From the IMG/VR virus record IMGVR_UViG_3300006802_000479, positions 1-26,080 of that record: a DNA stretch of 26,080 nt; one strand, written 5' to 3'. The position numbers and the translations under genes were made by a program. This DNA is from a virus. Lineage: Duplodnaviria > Caudoviricetes. Below, piece after piece: positions 19,101 to 25,555 of the stretch. Numbering within the stretch: position 1 is the first letter of the stretch; the number at the start of each line of letters is the position of its first letter. A model generated the notes under the pieces. It did not search any database. It saw only the letters and a program-made list of their open reading frames with translations, and was not told where the DNA came from.

Positions 19101-20536
19101 AGACTGACGACAGAGTCGTTCAGAGTAATTGCGCGAGTAGATGATCCAAGAGCAGTGACTTGCCCGACAGAGACACTGAAGCCGCCTGTGTCGAAAGTCC
19201 CTTCCAGTACGGTGACAACGCTTCCTCCGGTAGAAAATGCAGAGAAAGCATCAGCTAGAGTCAGCGACCCTGCTGGAGCTTCAATTCGAAGCCCAGGACC
19301 AGATATTCCATTCGAGGTGCAGGTGGAGGCTGTTGAGGCTAGATAAGTGAAGCGACCAGTAGTTACGCTAAAGGTTGCTCCCGCGCCCAGTATGATGTCG
19401 CCATAAACCGAAACTGCATTTGAGCTGAAAGTAAAAGTTCCACCAAAGTTGGTAGAGTCGAAAATCTTACACTCAGCTCCAGAGGCACCTATGGTGACTG
19501 TGCCGGTTCCAGAATTGGCGTCAAATACTGCATCGAGCGTAGAGCTTGGAATAGAAGCTCCCCCGGTGCCGCCACTAGTCGTGGCCCACTTGGTTCCAGC
19601 CGTTGCGTTCCAAGTGTCGGTTCCGCCGACCCAGTACCGCTTCCCGGTATCTACGAGAATAGTAGGTGCAGAACTCGTAATCTGCAGATCGCGTGCGACA
19701 AGAGAAACGTTGATATTGGCTGTAGCCGTTACAGTTGGCGCGAAGCTGTTGATTTGCAGCTCGCTCGCAATGAGGCTTATTGGGTGGTTCGCTGTCGTCG
19801 CGACTGTCGGGGCACTGCTCGTAACCTGGAGATCGCCCTGCACAAGTGCAATCGACGCATTTGCCGTGACCGAAACAGTAGGTGCACTGCTTGTAACCTG
19901 CAGATCGCTCGCGACGAAGGAGACTGCCTTATTGTCAGTTACGGCGACAGTTGGAGCGGAGCTATTGACTTGAAGATCGGCTTGCCCCGGCGTTGCTGAC
20001 GCATTGGTAGTGCGAGTGACTGTCGGCGCGGAGCTAGTAACCTGCAAGTCGCCCTGAACAAGAGTTACTTCAAGTGCTGCTTGGTTGTAATCGAGAGTGA
20101 CCCACATATGGTCGATTTCGACCGTAGCGGTATCCGGCATACCGCCGCCCTCTTGCACTGTGCAGCGGAGGCGGTAGCCGTCAATTGTTGAAGCGTTATC
20201 AGTGCGTGTAAATGCGCTACTGTCATATTGCGCATCTGTTGCGCCAAGAACACTAGTTGTAAAACTTTCAAGCGGCGTGCCTACACTATTCGTAAGTTCG
20301 ACGAGGATTGTCTTGTCACGATTTATTGTGCCTTGGCGTCGTGCGGAAACATGCAAAGTAACAGTGTTGAGCGATCCAAAGTCACCCGGCGAATTATCAA
20401 GTTCGGCAGTAATAAGTTCGCCAACAGTCCCGTCTGTAGCGCGAGCGTCATTGTCCGACGAGAGGTTCGCAACAGTTGCCCCAGTCCAGCCAGTCGAACT
20501 GAGGATTGATGAGACTTCAAGATCAAGCGTCGCCAT
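13172..20536 (-). CDS. Giant modular Ser/Thr-rich fibre/adhesin-like virion protein (~2,454 aa)
   Basis: Single 7.4-kb ORF; the likely start is MATLDLEV at 20536. About 39 copies of a 24-aa repeat (LVQADLQITSSAPTV..TAN) in five blocks, two RYWVGG beta-solenoid modules and three ~127-aa SxTTSxxxxDIDG domains. Confidence 0.85.
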   Translation of the reverse strand: MATLDLEVSSILSSTGWTGATVANLSSDNDARATDGTVGELITAELDNSPGDFGSLNTVTLHVSARRQGTINRDKTILVELTNSVGTPLESFTTSVLGATDAQYDSSAFTRTDNASTIDGYRLRCTVQEGGGMPDTATVEIDHMWVTLDYNQAALEVTLVQGDLQVTSSAPTVTRTTNASATPGQADLQVNSSAPTVAVTDNKAVSFVASDLQVTSSAPTVSVTANASIALVQGDLQVTSSAPTVATTANHPISLIASELQINSFAPTVTATANINVSLVARDLQITSSAPTILVDTGKRYWVGGTDTWNATAGTKWATTSGGTGGASIPSSTLDAVFDANSGTGTVTIGASGAECKIFDSTNFGGTFTFSSNAVSVYGDIILGAGATFSVTTGRFTYLASTASTCTSNGISGPGLRIEAPAGSLTLADAFSAFSTGGSVVTVLEGTFDTGGFSVSVGQVTALGSSTRAITLNDSVVSLTRASSTTTIQSWTVNASGLTLNAGTSTISFANVGGTAGTAYQSFSGGGLTYYTIENARGTGDTVVINDSNTIDTLDIAKSSSGTITEFEVGSTQSIANLIQTTGTGHTIRSKSDAASPHTISDTTGTNSVTGTTVKQSTATGGATFTAYTHEGNTDAGGNSGWLFGPLQSTGQLEISSSAPTVVAGQTEITLVASNLQITSSAPTVSVSDNRSISLIASDLQINSYAPTIVVETFERYWVGGTDLWSATAGTKWAYISGGTGGAPVPTTSDDVFFDANSGSGTVTINPGYTALCKDFDCNGFTGTLAYGGVAQASLDIYGNVARLSSSMTVSGISYNVAFRPQAGIMEVTSNGKDWCGVASNGVTFAGATGSTIQLQDAFATAATGFGVLSGGFDANDFSVTGGRFNSSYATTRSVLMGNGVWTLTGTSTVWNTSDSSNLTFDAESSTIDFSNASTSARTMSLDASPQLTFNDINVSAGTGSFTFSANALLCRDLDFTGYAGSLVSGDKEFTGDVTISSGMSVSSGSSVWTFSGGGTQTLTTNGVSIPQHITITSGTNFVLAGALDTSIRHLTLTQGTFDSAGYSVTTDYIAWSGSNTRTLDIENSVVTLPASTASTVMNLATTTNATLIATNSTVDITATGASTYTFYVGGAGFTWNNIWNSTSGAGAVLLLRGDGATINSLDIAKTDASRTVHFKAGETFNLGEIKNTTSTGHTLTSDSAASHFLSDTADVNSLTDTTISWSSASGGAQFLAYTHDGNVDGGNNTGWVFALQLVLANLQINTYAPTVTVSSNNEINLLQANLEISPSVPTVSVTEYHFVNLFQADLAFNSYAPTVSATANVTVSLAQADLQITSFAPTVAATANHQIALVQADLQISSSAPTVSATANQTISLVAADLQITSSAVTATATDNHPIALVASDLAINTFAPTSTINAEILLAQANLQINTFAVSLIQTLDPPQQINSGKVFVSSDTTTSATLEDIDGASTTVTLLNDANIVAFMSLDCSTTSAGATGYWVIDINGVDSPEIARKMSTTLDFGVVGHVFRSGTLPAGTYTVKAEHRTDAGTLTSSAVALAAMALEDAGGNNINSVYATVASDTTTSGVNEDIDGLTQELTMAGASHIMGVIATSITHSQNNRESHVVLNFAGETFDIERTTGNANDVGALAVVGRTSQKSVNATETIKGQHRTESGTLTTAPSILFGMELAHDQTYEIPSSHNNSTAGSTTSATLVDIDGTSHQITLGITGHILSILSLDAQKSSAGDADFTISINGVDQETSTRTFSGSGDTGAIFVVSRTASPLSAGTYTVAGRWSTTGGTLSIPATGEANIISLALETSAVDTTEIDLVASDLQINTFAPSADVTQSVNFVQADLQINSFAPAVATTDNHFVALVAADLQITSSAPAVATAANQFVALVQADLQITSSAPTVATTANHAVTLVQGDLQISSFALTVAVSDNHFVALVQANLEIESFAPATGENKIITLSRADLQISTSAPTISRTDNHFVSTVQSNLEISSSAPTVSVSDVQSVAFVQADLQIATFAPSAAVTANQFIALIAANLEISAFAPIVATTANQQISLVGSNLEVSAFAPVVSAGAGHFVALVQSDLQITSSAPSITLTTSYDITLVQADLQINSFAPSVSVTTDVVPYGIDYWFAGWPLPYIAGDLNPGPQDYWIKGTPVPVLQITGPSILLVQGDLQISSSAPSVTVTTNRFIALAQSDLEISASAPSVTVSDSRVVELVQSDLQISSAAPGVATTDGHFVSLAQADLQVGSFAPTATVTANHFIQLAQADLQISAAAPTVQSSNSYAVSLIATDLQINSFAPTVTVTITTEIALAAGDLQITSSAPSVSVSDNHPIALVSGNLEISTSALTVTAGAAANISLVQADLQITTYAIAVAVGQYCRFPVFVPMYDFPVAVTGDIEETAVAVVAPMTDQLPLTNPDRQGVAVSADLGPDQVATTVGLC
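13370..20075 (-). repeat. Interspersed blocks of a degenerate 72-bp (24-aa) coding repeat
   Basis: Blocks counted by eye: 6 (~19650-20075), 3 (~18400-18600), 8 (~16230-16785), 13 (~14145-15065) and 9 (~13370-14005). Recurrent GATCTGCAGATC/GATCTGGAGATC-like cores are visible on the + strand. Confidence 0.85.
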
Positions 20537-20828
20537 ATGCTTTGTCCCATATAGCAAAGTAATCTTCGTCGCTCAAAAGCGAACCAAACTTCTTTACCCC
20601 GTAACCGAGAGGATCGTATTCATCGACTCCTGTGTAGAATTGTTTGTCGCGGCGAGCGCAACTAACCCAACCAGTTTCAAAGCGATCAGGGTAAGGCGGC
20701 TCTGGCCAGGGAGCTTCAATAACTACCACTTGGACACCATCATCGGGCGCAGCTATCCACTCTTCTAGAGTGGTGCCCTCGAAGACGCTATCGTGATAAT
20801 ATATTTTCCACTTCAGCCGCATAAGCAT
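20523..20828 (-). CDS. Hypothetical phage protein
   Basis: 101 aa, aromatic-rich (WKIYY..., APDDGVQVVV, KFGSLLSDEDY). Its end overlaps the start of the giant fibre gene. Confidence 0.7.
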   Translation of the reverse strand: MLMRLKWKIYYHDSVFEGTTLEEWIAAPDDGVQVVVIEAPWPEPPYPDRFETGWVSCARRDKQFYTGVDEYDPLGYGVKKFGSLLSDEDYFAIWDKAYGDA

Positions 20829-20839
20829 AACTCAGAGCG

Positions 20840-21271
20840 TTATAGGGAATCAGCTTTTGCTTGCGCCGCATCGCGCAAAGCTGTGATCCGCGTAATCACA
20901 CTATTCAAAGCGGTAACGCGCCCAAGCCATTTGTTCTTTGGGAACGGGAAGGCCTGATCGGCTTCATTCACCGTTACATCGAGTTCATCTGCTTTTTGAT
21001 CCAAGTCTGTATCAAGAGCATTGATAGCAGCGTCCCAATCATCTTCTGTGCGAACGTAGTTCGACGCCGCCGCAACCGCTGCTTTCCAATTTGTGTGCCT
21101 CGAAATCGCCGCGTTATCAACGTCAGTGTCATTCGTCACAGCCCATTCCGCTGCGGTATAGTGAATGGCGTCTTTATAGCGGTTGCTTCCATCGTCGTCG
21201 GTCACAGTCACATCGACGCGAGCGTTCCCGTTTCCCGCTACCCAAACTAACTTACTCTGAACAATTGCCAT
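20840..21271 (-). CDS. Hypothetical protein (possible fibre chaperone or accessory)
   Basis: 143 aa, GGGGAG RBS, helical C-terminal half. Confidence 0.65.
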   Translation of the reverse strand: MAIVQSKLVWVAGNGNARVDVTVTDDDGSNRYKDAIHYTAAEWAVTNDTDVDNAAISRHTNWKAAVAAASNYVRTEDDWDAAINALDTDLDQKADELDVTVNEADQAFPFPKNKWLGRVTALNSVITRITALRDAAQAKADSL

Positions 21272-21644
21272 AAGACTCCCCTTTCAAAATGTAACCAAAA
21301 CCCCAAACAACCTCTATTGTTAAACCGAGATGTTTGACCTTTTCCGCAACTCTACACTTGTAAACTTTTAAGATTTCTCGGTAAGGCTGTTGGTCGGAAT
21401 GGCGATCAAAGTAGATACACGAAAAAATCTTATCGTACTCAACGACTTTGTTTTGATGCATCAACAAAATATGAAAGAACCTGGACTCATTCTTCGTCAA
21501 GCCAAGATCATGGTAAGAGAACCCAGGTTTCTCATAAGCAGCAACAAGCTCTTCAAGAGCAGCCAGCTCACCCTCAACAAGAGAGCCACACTTGACTCTC
21601 ATGCGATCAATAATGTTGAGAGCGGGAGACTGCGCCTGAATCAT
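21252..21644 (-). CDS. Stand-alone OmpR/PhoB-type winged-helix protein, CtrA C-terminal-like
   Basis: LTKNESRFFHILL...VVEYDKIFSCIY...EILKVYKCRVAEKV...IEVVWGFGYIL resembles the CtrA effector domain (LT.KE...L...IIDVFICKLRKKL...IETVWGRGY). There is no receiver domain. Confidence 0.8.
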   Translation of the reverse strand: MIQAQSPALNIIDRMRVKCGSLVEGELAALEELVAAYEKPGFSYHDLGLTKNESRFFHILLMHQNKVVEYDKIFSCIYFDRHSDQQPYREILKVYKCRVAEKVKHLGLTIEVVWGFGYILKGESYGNCSE

Positions 21645-24178
21645 GTTGCAGCCCGATCATCCACATACACCGACCCAGCTGTGCCATCACAATCAACGAT
21701 TACTTCGTAAGCTCCATCTTCCGTTACTGTGGCTCCAGCTCCGCTGAGCTGTTCCCAGGTATCAGTCCCTACCGTCATGGTGTCTAGGACTGTGTCGCTG
21801 GTAATACCTAGGCTGTCCTGGCGGCGGACGATTAATCGTGGCTGGTTGCCATTATACGATGCGCTCTTCCTCACATAGACAGAGATCGTCCTAGAGCTTG
21901 CATCGTCAACTGGGATGTACCACGGATCACCTTCCAGCTTGTCAGACGCACTGGACGGCTGCATTTCCACACTTGGCGCAGCAGTGTTGAAAACTGAGGC
22001 ATTGCGCAGAATGGTGCCAAATTTGTAGTAAGCGCGGTGATCGTCTTTGGTCTGATTGTAGCGCTGGAAGCGCACCCATCCGAGCTTGCTGCCAGTGGAC
22101 AAGCCGCTGACGACTGTGCTGGCCCCGACTTGGCAGTAGTCTGCCATAATCTGGAATGTGCCGTAGCCCCAAGTACCTCCAACATTGTGGAAGTCGGCTG
22201 TGCTGTGCGCGACGTACAAGCCGGTAGCGACTGAGAAGTCGCAGTCATACAGACGAATCGAGCTGACTCCGTCAGCATCATGGTAGAAGCCGTACGGCTG
22301 AGCCTGCTCCGACGTTCCAGCTAAGATGCAGGAGATCAGGACCAAGTCATATGATGTAGCCTGAAAGTCGATGCCCCCAACAGCATTTCCAGCCAATATG
22401 CTGTTCTGCAAAGTAATCCCATGATGGCCCGCGTTTATCTGAATCCCTCCCAGCACATTGTGCCAGGCTTGAAGCCCATCAAAGACACTGCCGTCCTTGA
22501 AGGCATCGCTCGCGCTGTTTCCGAACTCAAAACCACTACCATTGTTGGAGTGACAAACATTGTCAGCGAACTGTGTGGAGTCGAAAAGAACATCATCGGT
22601 GAAGCCGAACTCAATGCCATTGTCGCTAAGACCCGCGACATGGTTGCGAGCGCAGATGCCTTCCGAGTCAGCCACGACTATCCCTTTGTGATTGGTAGTC
22701 TGGGACCCTACGAGAAGATTGTCAGAGATCGACCAATCTGTTCCACTAGTCGCTCCAACCATTGATATGAAGTAGCCACTGCCGGCGTTATAATTGGCGA
22801 ACACACAGTTGCGAACGTAGACGTTGTTGAAGCTGCTTCCGACTATTGCCACCACATCGTCTTCGACATCATGGATTGAGCAGTAATCGAGAGAGAAGCC
22901 GCCGGTCGTCGTAGTGACATAGAATGCTGCTTCTGTGCTGCTGTTACCCATGTACTCGAATTCGGTCCAATCAGCATCGAATGTGGCCAGCTGCCCTACA
23001 AGTATATTGGTCATCCCGGCAGCCAGATCGCCACCAAACTTCACGTTACGAGTGAGATTGCCGACCGCTCCGATGAAGGGTGCTGTCGCTCCAAGATGTG
23101 CGACAGTATCCGACGCTGTCAGAGTGATCGAAGTCCCCGAGGCGTCTCCGTTCAGCGTGGTCTGATGCTCGTCTGTGTAAGTGGGGCCGGTCGGGGTGAT
23201 GATGATGGTGTCGCCGGAAAGCCAGCCGGTGCTGTTTGCCGTGACCAGGGCAGTCGAACTGGCGGCAAGAGTGGCACCGAGTAAATCCCAGCTGTAATTT
23301 TGTCCGCTGCTCCGAGATTGGCCTTGCAGGTTGAGTGTCCCGCCGTCGCAAAGCGTAAGGCCGAACTCTGCATCTACATCGCAAGCGATCTGGAGCCAGG
23401 CAGTGCTGTCGCGCGGCATGGGAGTGCCAGTCGTGCCGACATTGATCGTTCCGCCGTTGGCGATCCTGATATAGCCGTCGATGAGAAGGCGATAGTTGGT
23501 CGCCGCTGTCGTACCGTATGTGAGTGTTCCGTTGTCCCCGACAAAGAGGGCCGCGATGTAAGCGGTCGTGCTGGCGCTGCCGTACTGTGTCGTTGCGGTC
23601 GAGTCCATCGTGACCGTTCTGGCCGTCACGGACGCTGCGCTGTCACGTTCTCCGACGATTATCATATCGTCGCCAGCAGCCGGGGCTCCTGTGGTCGTGG
23701 TCCGCAAGTATCTGGACCAGTTTCCAGCGGTAGCGTTCCTGTATAGCGTTAATTCGGCGTTTACCGAACACTTCGCGCTGATCGTGTATTCCGTCGCTGC
23801 GGAAAGTGAAACGGGAGTTCCGAATACAAAGAAAACCCAACCAGTGCTGTCGTCTGTTTCTGGCGAACTGGTGCTGGATGAGGATACGCAATCCGCGATG
23901 TCGGAGACATTTATGGTGACTTCAGTCCCCGACACCAGAGACCCAGCCTGAGCTATGCGAACACTGACTGTCCCGCTCGGTGAATTGGACCTAGCGGCAA
24001 CCTTGATGCCGATCCCATCCACAGTTATAGCCCCAGGCGTAAATCCTGCGGACTCGACGTAAGATGTCGTAAGACTGGTATTGTTGGCTTGGGAGTCCAG
24101 ATACGACGTAGCATCCACTAGCCCCCAAGTAGAGGCCGATGTGAGATTTCCATTTGCTATCGCTGCTCTGACGGCCAT
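21641..24178 (-). CDS. G8-domain + parallel beta-helix protein with C-terminal jelly-roll/CBM-like domain (putative depolymerase or receptor-binding protein)
   Basis: PAAGDDMII, GTLTY, IRIANGGTINVGTTGTP, GGTLNLQG, SWDLL..T, GWLSGDTIIIT, AHLG and VGNLTRNV, then PbH1-like repeats (NHVAGLSDNGIEF, NVCHSNNGSGFEF, AWHNVLGGIQI). C-terminal ISVYVRKS...DTWEQLS...SVYVDD. Confidence 0.75.
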   Translation of the reverse strand: MAVRAAIANGNLTSASTWGLVDATSYLDSQANNTSLTTSYVESAGFTPGAITVDGIGIKVAARSNSPSGTVSVRIAQAGSLVSGTEVTINVSDIADCVSSSSTSSPETDDSTGWVFFVFGTPVSLSAATEYTISAKCSVNAELTLYRNATAGNWSRYLRTTTTGAPAAGDDMIIVGERDSAASVTARTVTMDSTATTQYGSASTTAYIAALFVGDNGTLTYGTTAATNYRLLIDGYIRIANGGTINVGTTGTPMPRDSTAWLQIACDVDAEFGLTLCDGGTLNLQGQSRSSGQNYSWDLLGATLAASSTALVTANSTGWLSGDTIIITPTGPTYTDEHQTTLNGDASGTSITLTASDTVAHLGATAPFIGAVGNLTRNVKFGGDLAAGMTNILVGQLATFDADWTEFEYMGNSSTEAAFYVTTTTGGFSLDYCSIHDVEDDVVAIVGSSFNNVYVRNCVFANYNAGSGYFISMVGATSGTDWSISDNLLVGSQTTNHKGIVVADSEGICARNHVAGLSDNGIEFGFTDDVLFDSTQFADNVCHSNNGSGFEFGNSASDAFKDGSVFDGLQAWHNVLGGIQINAGHHGITLQNSILAGNAVGGIDFQATSYDLVLISCILAGTSEQAQPYGFYHDADGVSSIRLYDCDFSVATGLYVAHSTADFHNVGGTWGYGTFQIMADYCQVGASTVVSGLSTGSKLGWVRFQRYNQTKDDHRAYYKFGTILRNASVFNTAAPSVEMQPSSASDKLEGDPWYIPVDDASSRTISVYVRKSASYNGNQPRLIVRRQDSLGITSDTVLDTMTVGTDTWEQLSGAGATVTEDGAYEVIVDCDGTAGSVYVDDRAAT

Positions 24179-24202
24179 GCCAATATCTCAATCATTGCAA
24201 AG

Positions 24203-24226
24203 AGTCGGCCTCCGCCGAGGCCGACT
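24203..24226 (-). terminator. Stem-loop after the 153-aa gene (probable weak intrinsic terminator)
   Basis: Perfect 10-bp inverted repeat AGTCGGCCTC-CGCC-GAGGCCGACT, followed on the minus strand by only CTTTG. Confidence 0.6.
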
Positions 24227-24246
24227 ACTTTCCTACGGATAGACTG

Positions 24247-24708
24247 TTAGACCTGATTAAGCTCAAACACACCCCCTATCGGAAAAGTCAGGGTCAAAGT
24301 GTTGCCGTCAGTGACGCTGAACGAGGCCGTAGACAGGTCTGCTTTGCAAAGCAGCACATTAGCGCCATCTTTGCCACTCGCGCCAGTCCGGGCGACGATC
24401 ACTGCCGTGCGGATCAGGTTCCAGTCGCCGCCGGAGGCGGTCAGGATCATGTCAGAAGCATCGAAACGCCGCTCGCGACCAGAGACGCCAGTTACCCAAG
24501 TCGTAACCATTTGCCTGCCCGACTGGGAATAATTGCTGCCGCTCGCAAGCTGCGAAGACAACTCGGACAAAGCCGACTGTGTCAGAGTCCCGGCGTCGTT
24601 GCCGGAGATGAAAAGGTGAAGGTCGAAAACAGTCGTGTCGAGATCAAGGGTGCCGTCCATGAGATACTCGATCGACATGTCATACAATTGCCATGCTGAT
24701 GCAGCCAT
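24247..24708 (-). CDS. Putative small virion structural protein
   Basis: 153 aa, AAGGAG RBS. MAASAWQLY...GTLDLDTTVFDLHL, NYSQSG, FDASD..LTASGG and FSVTDGNTLTL.F...GVF, a motif pattern I associate with phage proteins that precede large fibre genes. Confidence 0.7.
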   Translation of the reverse strand: MAASAWQLYDMSIEYLMDGTLDLDTTVFDLHLFISGNDAGTLTQSALSELSSQLASGSNYSQSGRQMVTTWVTGVSGRERRFDASDMILTASGGDWNLIRTAVIVARTGASGKDGANVLLCKADLSTASFSVTDGNTLTLTFPIGGVFELNQV

Positions 24709-24712
24709 TTTA

Positions 24713-25555
24713 CTACTCCTTAGTTTTGGCTAGATTTGCTCCGGTCTGAAGCATGTGCTTCAGTAGTCCATCGCCGTGAATAGACAAGAAGAACTTGTCT
24801 CCCATTTGGCGCACAAGGTTGAAGAACGACGTAGCTTGCGCCGCTTGCCACGCAGAACAGTGAAATTTACGTCCAGAACACCAGAAGTCGCCAGAGCCTT
24901 CATTGTCATTCAAAGACTGCGGATAGGCGTGATGATAACTGCCGTCTGGCGGATAACAAGAGTCCATGCCGAAAAGGTGCTGGAACTGAAATCCTAGCAC
25001 CCGAAGTAACAAAATGGACACTACGCCGACGCAACTAGCGCTGTGCACTTTTGTCCACCGGCCAAGATAGTAGTCGTCCAGTATTTGACGCTCAATGTCG
25101 CTATCTTCAGTCGTAGCGTGGTAAATGGTAACATTGCGGCCCTCGAGCTTGTCGAAAACCGCTGGATGACACTGAGATGCAATGAAGTACTTGCAGTTCG
25201 AAATTGGCGTTTCTACAAACTGTACGTTGTCCATTCGCGCATCGAGCATAACTTGCATGGATGGCTTGAGGTTGCGTTCCATAAGCCACGAGGCTGCGCC
25301 ATTCAGCGCAACAAAAGGAGTACCTTGCTGGTACAACGCTACCAGCTCTGCGTAAACTTTCGGGTCATTGAGCGACCAGCCGCCGCCTACAATGGCGACT
25401 TTTTGGACGTTCGGATTGTGCGGCCTCGCTTGCGGGAGATGTCTCTGAATGTTGCGAGTGATGTGGTCAATAATGACCTCTCTCTCGACATTGACAGTCA
25501 TGACAGAATTATCCCACTTCTGAGTCCCTTCTGGAATTTCGGCTGCATCAGTCAT
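24713..25555 (-). CDS. DUF115 / Maf / MptE-like protein (putative glycosyltransferase-like enzyme)
   Basis: VAIVGGGWSL, VALNGA..WL, VMLDAR, IASQCHP.VFDKL and LGF...HLFGMDSC match the pattern of the DUF115 family. Confidence 0.75.
   Translation of the reverse strand: MTDAAEIPEGTQKWDNSVMTVNVEREVIIDHITRNIQRHLPQARPHNPNVQKVAIVGGGWSLNDPKVYAELVALYQQGTPFVALNGAASWLMERNLKPSMQVMLDARMDNVQFVETPISNCKYFIASQCHPAVFDKLEGRNVTIYHATTEDSDIERQILDDYYLGRWTKVHSASCVGVVSILLLRVLGFQFQHLFGMDSCYPPDGSYHHAYPQSLNDNEGSGDFWCSGRKFHCSAWQAAQATSFFNLVRQMGDKFFLSIHGDGLLKHMLQTGANLAKTKE

Noticed and set aside
13370-20075. 72-bp periodic repeats as a CRISPR array or DGR template/variable pair
   Set aside because: The repeats are in-frame, degenerate at synonymous positions and lack spacers. 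There is no reverse transcriptase or cas gene, and no adenine-specific variation is apparent.
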